Assembly (NCBI RefSeq): GCF_018350175.1
Contig: NC_058368.1
Coordinates: forward strand, 171,742,001 to 171,806,000
Source of the DNA: Felis catus
Taxonomy: Eukaryota
DNA length: 64,000 nt
Reading direction: 5' to 3'
Both the position numbers and the translations under genes were made by a program. Of the stretch, positions 37,780-49,717 are shown one piece after another (the first letter of the stretch is position 1; every line of letters starts with the position of its first letter). The notes under the pieces were generated by a model. That model searched no databases. It worked only from the letters and a program-made list of their open reading frames with translations, and was not told the DNA's origin.

Positions 37780-38173
37780 TGAGCTATTGCCACAATAACA
37801 TTGTATCACAAACCACCTGCATCTCAGGGACGACAATAAACATCTACCTCTCACTCATCCATGCATCTGTAAGTTAACTGGAGTACGGTTCATCCACGCT
37901 GAACTAGGCTCCAAGCTGTTGGTTAGGTCCAGGTCTGTTCCACATGTGTCTCATCCTCCTTGAACCAGCATCTACCTAAGGCAGGGGCTCTTCTCTTGGA
38001 GAAAAGCAGAAGTGGGAGAAGGCAAGCTCTCCACTCAAGCACATGCCAAGCCTCCACTCATATCTGATTCACTCACATCCCACTGGCCAAAGGAGGTAAC
38101 AGGACCAAAGTCAAAGGAGAGGACATCCTAATGGGGATGCATCCTAATGCTGAACACTAATTTAATTCCTCAC
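37780..38173 (-). mobile_element. MaLR LTR (MLT1H/I-like)
   Basis: GCTATTGCCACAATAAC..ACAAACCAC, CAGGTCTGTTCCACATGTGTCTCAT, CATCCCACTGGCCAAAG. Confidence 0.65.
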
Positions 38174-38217
38174 AAGGTAGTACATAAACTTTGTACTTTG
38201 AAAAACACTAAAGTCTT

Positions 38218-38439
38218 GGGGACCCTGGGTGGCTCAGTCGGTTAAGCGTCTGACTCTTGATATCAGCTCGGGTCACGATCTCACGGTTCTTGAGTTCACA
38301 CTGTGAGTTTAAGACCGGCATCGAGCTCTGTGCTGACAGTGCGGAGCCTGCTTGGGATTCTCTCTCTCCTTCTCTCTCTCTCTGCCTCTCCTCCACTTGC
38401 TCTCTCTCAAAATAAATAAACATTAAAAAAATTTTTTGG
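38218..38439 (+). mobile_element. CanSINE with small internal duplication
   Basis: TSD AAAACACTAAAGTCT 38202-38216/38440-38454; extra CACACTGTGAGTT near the B box. Confidence 0.95.
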
Positions 38440-39460
38440 AAAACACTAAAGTCTCTTGAATTATCCAGGGAAGATGAATGCAAGGACAATTTTGAATTTA
38501 GTTATTCAACAAATACTTAATGAATGACTACCAAATGCCAGGGAGGCAGATAATTAATTATTTGTCTTTAAAGAATCCTGTCCAGAGACAGGTAGGTACA
38601 TAGATAATTACCAGGCAATGAGCCAGTTAATATATAACAGAAGTACAGAAGAGTTACTTTTAAAAATTTTAAAAAAGACCTAAAAACCAAAATGTAATGC
38701 TTTCTGTGGTCCAGGAATTATAAAGAATCCTTAAGATATGGGAGACACACAGAGTCAGATCATAAGATGAAATCAGACCCAGAGTACTCACTGAAGAAGA
38801 CTGCTACAAACTATGGGGGTGTCCTCTGGAATGTTCCAGCTCACAGGTTTTAGACATGAGGGCAAAGGAGACCTGGGATACCATCAGTTTAGAAAACAGC
38901 AAGAGATGACTTTTCATTGGCCCCAACTGGGGCTCACATCCACCCCTGAACCATTCCTACGACACTGTTCAGCCCAATATGGATCACTATCCTGCTCCTA
39001 AAAGAAGGTGAGGTGGTCAGCCACATGAACAGTGAGTGAGGTGGTTTCCCAAAGGAAAATCAAGGTACCGGCAAAAGAAATATGTCCTCCATGCTGGAAA
39101 ACTATACAGCATAAATAAAAAGATTTATTTATGCTGAAATGGAAATAACTTCAAGACATAGTGTTGAGTAAAATAAAGTTGCGGAGTATTGTATAGGTGG
39201 TATTTACGTGAATAAATAGTAGCCTTCTCTCTCTGTTTTAAGTGGGGGGTAGGGTGAAGTGAGAAATGTTGCTGGATGAGAGAATGATAGTAAAAACAAG
39301 GTTGGCAAGGCAGAAAGAAAGAGATGTGTTTGGGAAACCGGGAAAAAGTAATTTTTGTTTGTCACACAACACTTGCAGGGTGACAGGAATCTAGTTTGCA
39401 AAGGAAGTTAGGCAATATTTTGAAGAGCCTTACATTGCAGGGTAAGAGATCTGCCTAATG

Positions 39461-39655
39461 CTGTTTCTCAAACTTGGCACTATGGATATTTTTAACCAGA
39501 TAATTCTTTCCACAGGCTGTCCTGTGCATCTGTTTTGTGCCCTGGCCTAATGGTGTTCTTCTCCTCTTTATCTCCTCTCTTCAGACAGCCAGAAATGTCC
39601 CCAGACTTTATCATATTCCCTGGGGGCAAAGTTATTCCTGGTTGAACACCACCCC
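39461..39655. mobile_element. MER20-like hAT-Charlie MITE
   Basis: TTTCTCAAACTTGGCACTATGGATATTT..CCAGATAATTCTTT...CCCTGGGGGCAAA..TGGTTGAACACCAC. Confidence 0.7.
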
Positions 39656-40244
39656 CGTAGACAATGGGAATCGGGGAAGGTTTCAGCAAGCCTTCATATA
39701 ATCAAAAAGATGCTTTCCCTTACCTTCCACATGTAATCCACCACCAAGTAATATAACCTTTTTTTTTTTTTTTTTAATATCTCTTGAATCCTTTCCTTAT
39801 ATCACTGTCCGTACTGATTTTGGAAAGGCCTTCATCATTCCCACAGAGATCCCTGCAATAGCTTCTTACCATATAAATTATATATTCCTGTATATACATT
39901 TGTATGTCTAACAATGCATGGAAATGTTATAGGATGCACACTAAAGTCCTAAAAAATAGTAAGTGCTTAACTTGGTGAAGAGACTGGGATTTGGAGAGGA
40001 GGTATAACAGAAAGGGATTTCGAATTTTTCTATATTATTTGAGGATGGTTGCCCTTCTCCACTCACTAGAAATCCCAAAACAATAGGACAGAACTTTGAC
40101 TATCCTGCTCACTACTGTATCTTTAGAGCTTTGAAGAGAGTCTGGCACATTTTTAGCAGGTGCTTAGTAAATGTTGATGAAATGAATGAATGAAGAGGGG
40201 CTGTTGGCATGTTTATGGAATGAATGAATGAATGAATGAATGAA

Positions 40245-40830
40245 GAGCTGTGAGAGGCCATGGGTCGATCAGGAAACTTCAAGTCATTTGGCATGACCAC
40301 AGTGCTTGGAACAAAAGGAGTGGCAGGAGATGAATTGGAAAGGTAGGCAAGTGTCCACTCATACACAGTGCAAGGAAATTGCATTATTCACTGGCTAACA
40401 GAGACATCAGCTAGGTAAGAGACATGATAGGGTTTACATTTTAGAAAGGCCACTTGTACAGCCATTTGAAGGATGGAATGGAGGAAAACAAGATGCTGAA
40501 CCAAATATCAGTCAAAGGCCTGTTGTCAGAGCCCAGATGAGAAATGATGACTCCTGAAACAAGGGAGGGGCAGGAGGGATGAGGAGCAGATGATGGTTTT
40601 GAGAGATATGCAGGCCCAGTTTATCTATGGATGTTAGGGAGGGTGGGGTGTGGGAGAGGGGGTTTCTAAGACAACCCCAGGTAGCTGGATAGGCAACTTC
40701 AGGTGCCAGTCATCTGGAGAGGGGAAAGGTGAAAAGAAGTTCATGGGTGCAGGTTATGGGCTCATCCTCAGATGTTGATTTCAAGGATATTCTGGATCAT
40801 CCTGGCAGAGATGTCCAACAGAAAACCTGG
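40245..40830 (-). mobile_element. L2 fragment
   Basis: GGCAGGAGATGAATTGGAAAGGTAGGCA, TTTACATTTTAGAAAG, CAGATGAGAAATGATG; an L2 3' end with (GAAT)n precedes it at ~40070-40243. Confidence 0.65.
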
Positions 40831-42705
40831 GGTCTGCAGTAAGGTCTCATTTTTTTTCCTACCCAGGGAGAGGTTCCAATATTTCATTGACATTTTTAAA
40901 GGAGCCAGTCCTCAGACAACAGAATGTTTAGTGCTTACTAACTTAACGGAGGAGGGGGAGCCCAGCAGAGATGGTTTTGTCCTAGAGCCAGCTTTCCCTA
41001 TTAAACATTATCCTCTTGCTTCATTAACAAGAACAACATACATTGTGTATTTTGCCATAAGGAAAGAGACTGAAAAACGTACTCCTGGGAGAGTTAAAAA
41101 CAGAAGGTACACAGAGAGGTGTTTGGGGACACAGGTTGCCTTCAATTTAAAGGGATTATCCGGCCGAGAATTGCTGAGGGAGAGACAAAGGAACTCACAA
41201 TCCTCCCAGCTGGCCGGAACCTCAGCTCTCAGCTCTGAAACCCAGAACACCCATTTCTTTCACCTGCTGGTACAGCATTCTCTCTCTTTGAAGGCTCACA
41301 CCTTACAGGGTGATTAATGGCACGATTTGGGATGAAGGGCCATAAACCTTGATGGCCATGATGTTCTGATTCCCTTGGGAACAGAGTTCTGCACCTGGCA
41401 CTTCAGCACAGGGAGCAAAGGAGTACAAAAGAGACTTTCACCCTGGATTCTTTTTCCCCACTCTGAAAAGGTGAAGCCTGGGATGAGGAGAACTTTCCTC
41501 TCCCACAACAAAAGCTGAAAACTTAAACCTACCTTGCGCCTAACTACCATTTCTGGAAAACCTTCCCTTCTTTGTTTCTTTGTTTTTCACAGCCATTGGA
41601 ACTGGATTGTTCAAAGAAGTACCTGATCTTGTTTGTCAGATGAGAAACCAAAAATGCTGACCCTGAATTCTTTTATTTGCTCCTGCTGCTAACCTAGCAG
41701 TACTGCAGAATCTCAGATGCTTCAGCAGCTTTAGTCAGGCTGGGGGTACAGAATAATGAATGCATAAAGCTCCTTGACAGGAACCTTCTCTTCCCTCTGG
41801 AGGGAGGGAGGCCATTACCAAGGAGTAAGCACAAAAAAGAAACGATATGTAGGCAGAGGAGGACAAAGGGTAATTTCAGCCAATGCCGAAATTGACCTGC
41901 TGGTAATGTTTCTACTCAGGATTGTTTTTCTGCTTTGTTGTGTTGTCTGGGTCCTGCTATTAATTTTGTCAGAGGAAGAAAGTGAACCCATAAGGGCAGA
42001 GGTAGTATTTCATTCATTTCCAGGACTTAGCACAGAATCTCAATTTAGAGAGGCAGAGATTACGGAGAGGGCACCTTTTGCACATTCAAAAGGTAAATCA
42101 CATTTATTTTTGGTTTGCAAAAGAGAAACATAGGTTTGGAGATGTCAAGAGACTGGTTCAAAATGCAAAGCTGGTCAATACAGTCTTTTAATTTGGCATC
42201 TTTGCAGGTAAGCAGCAGAATACAATTCTGGCATATTTAACAAAAAAAAAAAAATCATTTACTGGAGGGATACTGGCATACAGAGAAGATGGGAATCTAG
42301 AAACCCAAAGCACAAAAAAGGCCAGGAGTTAGGACAGATGCAAAGATAGTAGAGATTACCTGATAATCTCACTTAGGAGTCAATTCATGCAAACATTTTC
42401 CCCTATCCTTGCCATTACTCTGATCAAGATGGTCAAAGTCCCAGCAAAAAGCATTGGCCAAGATTGCCCAACCTCAGTTGCACATACCCACCACTTGGAG
42501 AGCAAGACATTTTCTCTAAGACTTAGATTCCCATCAAGTCTATATACAGTGGGGAAAAGGTTATTCCCCCAAAGGAAAATGGAGCACTGTTCGAAAGGGG
42601 GAATGGGGACTGAGTGGCCATAAAATTCAAATGACCACCTCAGAGTTGGGGTTCAAGCTTTGATACCAAAGTTTGTACTCTTTAACTAGGCCAGGATGAT
42701 ATAAG

Positions 42706-42926
42706 CAGTGGTTCTCAACCAGTGGTTATTTTGTCCCCCTGTGCCCAGGGACACTCAGCAATAATCTAAAGACATTTTTGGTTGTTACAGCTGAGAAGAG
42801 GTGCTGTTGGCACCTAGTGGACAGCAGCCAGAGATGCTGAGGAAAATCCTGCAAAGCACAGTACATCCCTCCACAAACCAGTGACCCAAACCACAATGTC
42901 AATAGTGCTAAGTTTGAGAAACTCTA
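42706..42926 (+). mobile_element. MER20 hAT-Charlie MITE
   Basis: CAGTGGTTCTCAACC...GACATTTTTGGTTGT...TGGCACCTAGTGG...AATGTCAATAGTGCTAAGTTTGAGAAACTCT; flanks ATATAAG/GTATAAG. Confidence 0.85.
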
Positions 42927-44944
42927 GTATAAGCAAAGACAGGGGATGGAGATAATACACTGTGGCTTAAGAAAATTCAATAATTCAATTTGGTGCAAGA
43001 ATGGGTCACATATAGAAAAGTAGAAGGGGGGAAAAAACTCAAAAAAGAGTTTCAGACCAGATTTTGTAGGGTCTTGAATGGCAGGCTAAGTTTGTCTAAA
43101 CTATATTTAATAGGATTGGGTGCTTCTTAGGCCAAAATTATACCTCAGTTGCCTGGGCATGGCAGATCTCTCCATGTATGCTGAATTTTTATCTCTCGAA
43201 GACCTTTACAGCACAAGTTTGAATGACATGAGACTGTCAGTGACAAAGCGCCATTAATATCTCCCATCCTAGACAAACTCTCAGGGTCCCAAAGTTTTGC
43301 TTCACTGTACTCCTCACATCTTTCAGGTATATGATATTGGAAAAGCCATCACTTCTTAGAGTGGGTGCTCCTCCTAAAGAGATTAATGCTATTATCAACA
43401 TTCTTTCAGGTATAGCCACTGAATGATCTTGATTCTTTCCAAAACAACCTGTTTTTATAATTAACGTATTTCCCTGAGTCCCATTTGTTCACATCTCTGA
43501 AATCAGGATGAACTTACAATCGATAGTATGTCCTAGTGTCACTGGCAGCCCTTTTTTCTTTCTTAGGGATGTACAAAATAGTGGCACAATCAATGGCACG
43601 TTAAATTTAATGAAATATGATATATTTATTTTCTTCTCATTTGCCACTGGTTCAGTTTTATTCGCTCTCATTTAAAGAGCTGGCTGTTGGCATTGTATGT
43701 AGGTATTAGTGTTGAACTCTGGCAGAATGCTAAGAACCATACGGAATATCATGATGGAACTGGCCCCTCTCTGTCATCATTATTTTGTAATTAGAAATAC
43801 AACTCTTCTGTTGAACAGAAGAGGTTTTGTAACCATGCAACCATCTCCCCAGTGGGAACATCCAGGACCTGCCCCCAGTGAAATGTGTTTCAAAGCTTTT
43901 AAAGAGTATGTGAAAGAAACATTCATTCAGGTTGAATTGCCTTGGCATATGCTTTTGGGCTGTTCTTATTTTATACAGACTTCCTTGGTCCATCATTAGA
44001 TAATTTTATTTGTGCAAAGGAAATGAAGTAAAATTTCCTTCTACATCCTTTATCTATTTCTCATCTTCATCCTCTAACGGGACTTCCTCCATTCCTTTTT
44101 CATCACCATACATCAGTAAGATTAATATGTAATGAAATCCACCCTCCTGCAATATTATCAGCCTAAGATACAAAGGCGTTAAGTAAGGCTAAAGAAGGAG
44201 AACGGGCGATGAATAGTGGTGAAGCTTAAGCAACTGTGAATTTCCAGGAAATATTTATGAGCTGATTTAAATACTAATGAGCTGGTAGTCTGACAGAAGC
44301 AAGACTAAAATACAGGAGCACAAAGTCTCAGCTGGCCCGTGGGCTGTCTTATATCTACACAAGCTGTACAGTAGAGCGGCCACATTTTAAGCCTCCTGCT
44401 GAACAGACATTTCAAAATGCGGTTAAGTGAGAAATTGACATGTTCCCACCGACTTCAATTCTTTATTTCTGTCATCGTATTTACCAGTCAATTTGAATCC
44501 CAGGTTGAAAAAGATATCGAAGCCCTGAATGTAAAAACCACTTCCCCCAAACCTGTTATCTAAATGACCACTGTATCAGGAAAGACTCTTTCAATTTCCT
44601 TTACTATGTCCCCTTTAAGGATCCACCAAATAGCCTCTTGTTACAAGTTCCTATGCAGCAGCATGAACAGGTCTCTGGAGTGTAGTAAGAGGTAATTTAT
44701 CTGAAAGTGTCTCCTGTCTCAGCCTGACTGCAGAAAATACTTCAGTCGCCTATGGGTTAGAAAAGATGAAAACACTTGCTATTATAATAAAACAAATTTC
44801 ACTTCGAAGGAGCTTTGTACATGTATTGCCTTGGGCCTGACAATCTGCTGACTTGATCCAAAATAAACAACTGGGTTTTGCATTTCTAAATCATATTTCA
44901 AAGTTCCACACACAGAATTGCTGTTAGGGCTTATTCAGTGGGGA

Positions 44945-44969
44945 TTTTTTTTCTTTCTTTCTTTTCTTT

Positions 44970-45002
<33 letters not shown>
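44945..45002. repeat. Poly-T/(TTTC)n tract
   Basis: T8, TTTC units, then T31 at 44972-45002. Confidence 0.95.
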
Positions 45003-45003
<1 letters not shown>

Positions 45004-45195
45004 GCATTTTTCCTAACGTGAAGATGCTAAGTAAAGCAAGGAGAAAAATAGGAGGAGCAACCCAGAGAGATTCTGGAAAACTAGTCATCTTTAGAACAGG
45101 AAGCTATGTATCTCCACAGTTAGACAGCAGAGAGTTTGGTCACAGCATCTAGAAAACTTACACACATCGTGTTGCCCCAGGGGTACGATGCCCAG

Positions 45196-45430
45196 CAGGC
45201 CTAGGACTAGAATGAGTGCAGTGACACACTAACCTCAGGTGCAAAATAGAAGGTGGCACCAAAGAAGCTCAGTGATCAAGGCAAATACTATCTTTATGTA
45301 ATATTTTTAAAACTCAAAATTAAGGCAAAAGCCTATAAAAACAACATAGTACCATTTTAAATAAAAACAGGATCCAACAATGCCAGGCCATGTCATATTG
45401 GAGCCTGAGGCAAAAGGAACAATGCATACC
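45196..45430 (+). mobile_element. MER96B-like hAT element fragment
   Basis: CAGGCCTAGGACTAG..CCTCAGGTGCAAAAT..CTCAGTGATCAAG..CATATTGGAGCCTGAGGCAAAAGGAA. Confidence 0.65.
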
Positions 45431-45829
45431 CCTACAAATATGGTTTTGTGGGTTTTTTAAATGTGTAGGTTTTTTCCCCTAGAAATCAATTTTGAATATA
45501 TTGCTGATTAGTTTGCTTCTATTAAATCCAGGAAAGTAAAATTATAAAAGAATTCTGTTTGTGGCAGAAGTCAAATGTTTAAACTTAAAATACTATTGCG
45601 AATTTTCATATGCCTCCCTTTCCAGTCTTCAATATTTTCTCATCTATATGAATGTTTTGTCCAGAGCTCTGCTGTGATAGCATTGCACAGAACTAGCCCA
45701 GCCGTGTTAAAGATATTAAAGATATGCAAGGCTGGAAAACCAAGCTGAAGGCCACGTTAAGACCTCTTGTCAAGGATATTCTGGTAATCTGGGACCACAT
45801 TTTATTTTACACACAACATTTGTGGACCA

Positions 45830-46652
45830 CTGCATTAGGGTGCTACAGTTAACAGACAACCCATACTTCATTACTTAATGATGAAAAAAATTTGCTTTCA
45901 GATAGTAAAAAGTCCAGAGCAAGCGGGGCTACAAGAAACAGTGAGCTCAACATCTCAATGGCACCAACCAAGATCCAGGTCCTTTTCATCGTCCTACTCT
46001 GCCAAACAGTTGGCTTCATTGTGGGCTGGCTCCTCTCATAGGTAGAAAGTGGCTGGCTCGATTCCTCAGGTCCCACACAGATCTGACAGGGCCTCACAAA
46101 AGAGAAGAGGAAATTTTTTTCCCTTTTGGTCTCATGTTAAGAGTGAGAAACTGCTGGGGCACCTGGGTGGCTCAGTCGGTTAAGCATCCACTTCAGCTCA
46201 GGTCATGATCTCACGGTTCTTGAGTTTAAGCCCCACATTGGGCTCTGTGCTGACAGCTCAGAACCTGGAGCCTGCTCTGGATTCTGTGTCTCCCTCTCTC
46301 TCTCTGCCCCTCCCCCACTTGCACTCTGTTTCTCTCCCTCTCTCAAAAATAAAATAAAATAAAATAAACATTAAAAAAAAAGGTTTAGAAACTACTTCTT
46401 AGAAGCTTTCCAGCAGACCTTTCCTACGTCTTATTGGCTAGAATGAGGTCATACACCACCTTTAAAACCAATCCCGGAGAAGGGAAATGGGATAATAAGG
46501 ATAGGCTCAGGTTAATCAAGATTCACCCTAAGTCACATCATGGGGCCGGGGGGGGGGGGGTGTAGATAGTTACCCAAACGTAGTTAGGGCTTTGTAGCAA
46601 GGAAAATGAAAGAAATAGCTGTCAACTGGGCAGCCAGCAATGTCTCCTACAA
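45830..46652 (-). mobile_element. MaLR LTR (MLT1K-like) interrupted by a SINE
   Basis: GCTACAGTTAACAGACAACCC, AGAAGCTTTCCAGCAGACC..TCTTATTGGCTAGAA motifs. Confidence 0.65.
46156..46386 (+). mobile_element. CanSINE
   Basis: TSD AGAAACT(G/A)CT 46146-46155/46387-46396. Confidence 0.95.
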
Positions 46653-46869
46653 ATGCCAATTATAGGTGGCCAGACAGTGGGTAGGAAATATATCACTAAT
46701 TTTTGTGTCAGGTTTATCATTCACCAGTATAGGAAATGGCCATGATGTCACACAAGGCAAACTGCAAAAATCTTGAATGAAACAATACAGGTAGATCCAA
46801 CAATATAGTTAGACCTCCCAGGTGGCAGCAGGAGAAATTCCAAGTAGATCATAGAATTAAATGAGACAA

Positions 46870-47226
46870 CTTTACTACTATTAAATGAACACATTGGAGA
46901 ACTCTATTATAATCTTGGAGTAGGAGAAAACTTTCTAATTATTACTTAAAATCAAGAAGCCATAAAGAAAAAAATTTCAGCATGGAACAAAAACACCAGA
47001 AACAAAGCCAAAAGATAATTGATTAACTGGGGGTGGGGCAGACTGTGACTCATATCATAGATAATAACCTAATCTCCCTATTGCATAAAAGCTCCTAGAA
47101 ATCAGCAAGGGACAAAAAAACAGCAACATACAGAATAACATAGAATAAAAGGCAAAAGATATAAATATCCAATTCACAAGGGAAAAAAACATATGAAATG
47201 TTCACTTTTTTTTTCTTTAAGTTTTT

Positions 47227-47259
<33 letters not shown>

Positions 47260-47479
47260 CACGAGCAGGGGAGGGGCAGAAAGAGAGGAAGACAGAGGAT
47301 CCAAAGCAGGCTCCGTGCTGACAGCAGAGAGCCGGATATAGGGCTCAAATTCACGAACCGTGAGAACACGACCGGAGCCAAAGTTGGAGGCCTAATTGAC
47401 TGAGCCACCCAGGCACCCATGAAATGTTCATTTTCACCTGATTTCTTATTAAGAAAATTAAATATTAAAGCTATCCTGA
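46870..47479 (+). mobile_element. Old L1 ORF2-region fragment (split by a SINE)
   Basis: TATAATCTTGGAGTAGGAGAAAACTTTCTAA, AAGGCAAAAGATATAAATATCCAATTCACA. Confidence 0.65.
47206..47418 (-). mobile_element. CanSINE
   Basis: TSD ATGAAATGTTCA 47193-47204/47419-47430. Confidence 0.95.
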
Positions 47480-47667
47480 GGGGTGCCTGGGTGGCTAAGT
47501 TGGTTGAACATCTGACTCTTCATTTCGGCTCAGGTTATGATCCCAGGGTCATGAGATCGAGCCCTGCATCGGGCTCCACACTGAGTGTGGAGTCTGCTTA
47601 AGATTCTGTCTCTCTCTCCCTCTGCCCCTCTCCCAACTCATGCACTCTCTCTCTAAAATTAAAAAAA

Positions 47668-47702
<35 letters not shown>
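47480..47702 (+). mobile_element. CanSINE with (TAAA)n tail and no 3' TSD
   Basis: Canonical head/body; tail runs straight into antisense L1 sequence. Confidence 0.93.
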
Positions 47703-47705
<3 letters not shown>

Positions 47706-49125
47706 CTGTACAGTGATTTTGTATCCTGTGACTTTACTGAATTCATTTTCAGTTCTAGCAGTTTTTTGGTGGACTCTTAAGGGTTTTCTATATATGGTAT
47801 CATGTCATCTGCAAATAATATATATATAATGAAAGTTTTACTCTTCCTTACCAATTTGGATTCCTTTTATTTCTTTTTGTTGTCTGACTGCTGTGGCTAA
47901 GACTTCCAGCGCAATGTTGAATAAAAATGGTGAGAGTAGACATCTTTGTCTTGTTCTTGACCTTAGGGGAAAAGCTCTCAGTTTTGCCCCATTGAGGATG
48001 ATGTTAGCCATGGATTTTTCATATATGGCCTTTATTATGTTGAGGTATGTTCCCTCTAAATCTACTTTGTGAAGTGTTTTTATCATGAATGGATGTACTT
48101 TGTCAAATGTTTTTTGTGTATTGAAATGATGATATGGTTCTTATCCTTTCTCTTATTGATATAATGTATCATGTTGGTTAATTTGTGAATCTTGAACCAC
48201 ACTTGCAATCCAGGAATAAATCCCACTTGATCATGGTTAATGATTTTTTAATATATTGTTGGATTCAGTTTGCTAGTATTTTGTTAAGGATTTTTGCATC
48301 GATGTTCATCAGAATAATTGGCCTGTAGTGCTCTTTTTTTTGTGTGTTGTCTTTATTTGGTGTCGGTATCAGGGTAATGCTGACCTCATAGAATGAATCT
48401 GGAAGTTTTTCTTTCTTTTCTAATTTTTTGGAATAGTTTGAGAAGAACAGATATTCAGTCGTCTTTAAATTTTTGGTATAATTCACCTGTGAAGCCATCT
48501 CATCCTGGACTTTTGTTTGTTGGGAGTTTTTAGATTACTGATTCAATTTCTTTGCTGGTTATCAGTCTGTTAAAATCTTTTGTTTCTTCCTATGTCAGTT
48601 TTGGTAGGTTATATGTTTCTAGGAATTTATCCGTTTCTTCAAGGTTGTCCAATTTGCTGTCATATAAGTCTTCATAATATTCTCTTATAATTGTTTGTAT
48701 CTCTGTGGTGTTTGTTGTTATTTCTCCTCTCTCATTTATGGTTTTATTTATTTGAGTCTTTTTTTTCTTAATAAGTCTGACTGGAGGCTTATCAATTTCA
48801 TTGATTTATTTCAAAGAACCAGCTCCTGGTTTCATTAATCTACTCTATTGTTTGTTTAGTTTCTATATTATTTATTTCTGCTCTAATCTTTATTATTTCA
48901 TTCCTTCTGCTGGTTTTAGGTTTGGTTTGTTGTTCTTTTTCTAGCTCCTTTATGTGTGAGATAGGTTGTTTAGTTGATATTTTTCTTGCTTCTTGAGGTT
49001 GGCCTGTATTGCTATAAAATTCCCTCTTAGAATTGCTTTTGCTGCATCCCAGAGGTTTTGAACCATTAGATTTTCATATCCATTTGTTTCCATGTGCTTT
49101 TTTACTTCTTTTATTCCTGGCTGAC
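47703..49125 (-). mobile_element. Carnivore L1 internal ORF2 fragment (reverse transcriptase region), disabled
   Basis: ORFs 47838-48086 ([38 protein letters not shown]), 48265-48498 ([34 protein letters not shown]), 48950-49147 (QNLWDAAKAILRG) and FADDM codons near 47800; stops and frameshifts. Confidence 0.95.
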
Positions 49126-49717
49126 CCAAAAATCTGCATTTCTTCACTGTTGCCTACATTCATGTTCCAAATCTTTAACGTGGCATTCAAGGAAAATTAC
49201 AATTTAGCTCGAATCAGTCTTTCCACAGTTGATTCCTACTAAGCTCCCCACTCCTACCCTCCATGCATGATACACACATACACAACCACTGCTATCCCTG
49301 GAACCTCTCCCTAAAGATAATTACTGTTAATAGTTTTCATTTCAGAAAAAATATAATGTGCTTATGCCTACATTTATATTGTATGCACATTGCTTTTCAA
49401 AAAATTTACCTAGGTGATCATCTTTTTATGTATTACATATTTTTAAGAATTTTCCATATCATGAACTTTTCCCTTTTATTTATATATCTTGTGATTTTTA
49501 TATATCAGTACATATGGGCTTTTTAATGGTTAGATAATATTCTGTCACAGGGATATATCATATTTTAACTTACTTTTTCCCTTGCTGGACATTTATGTTG
49601 TTTCTATTATAGTTGTTGGCACAAGTGATGGTATAATAAACACCTTGGCATGTTTTTACCATAATATCAAAATGTAATTGTTAGACAAATGTTATGTGCA
49701 TTTAAAAATTTGATTGA

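Noticed and set aside
40772..41317. Longest ORF (181 aa)
   Set aside because: Begins in L2-derived sequence, has no recognisable domain or exon structure, and is compatible with chance
47838..48498. Reverse transcriptase ORFs as a retron- or DGR-like system
   Set aside because: Ordinary disabled L1 ORF2 with stops, frameshifts and a (TA)n insertion next to the FADD motif
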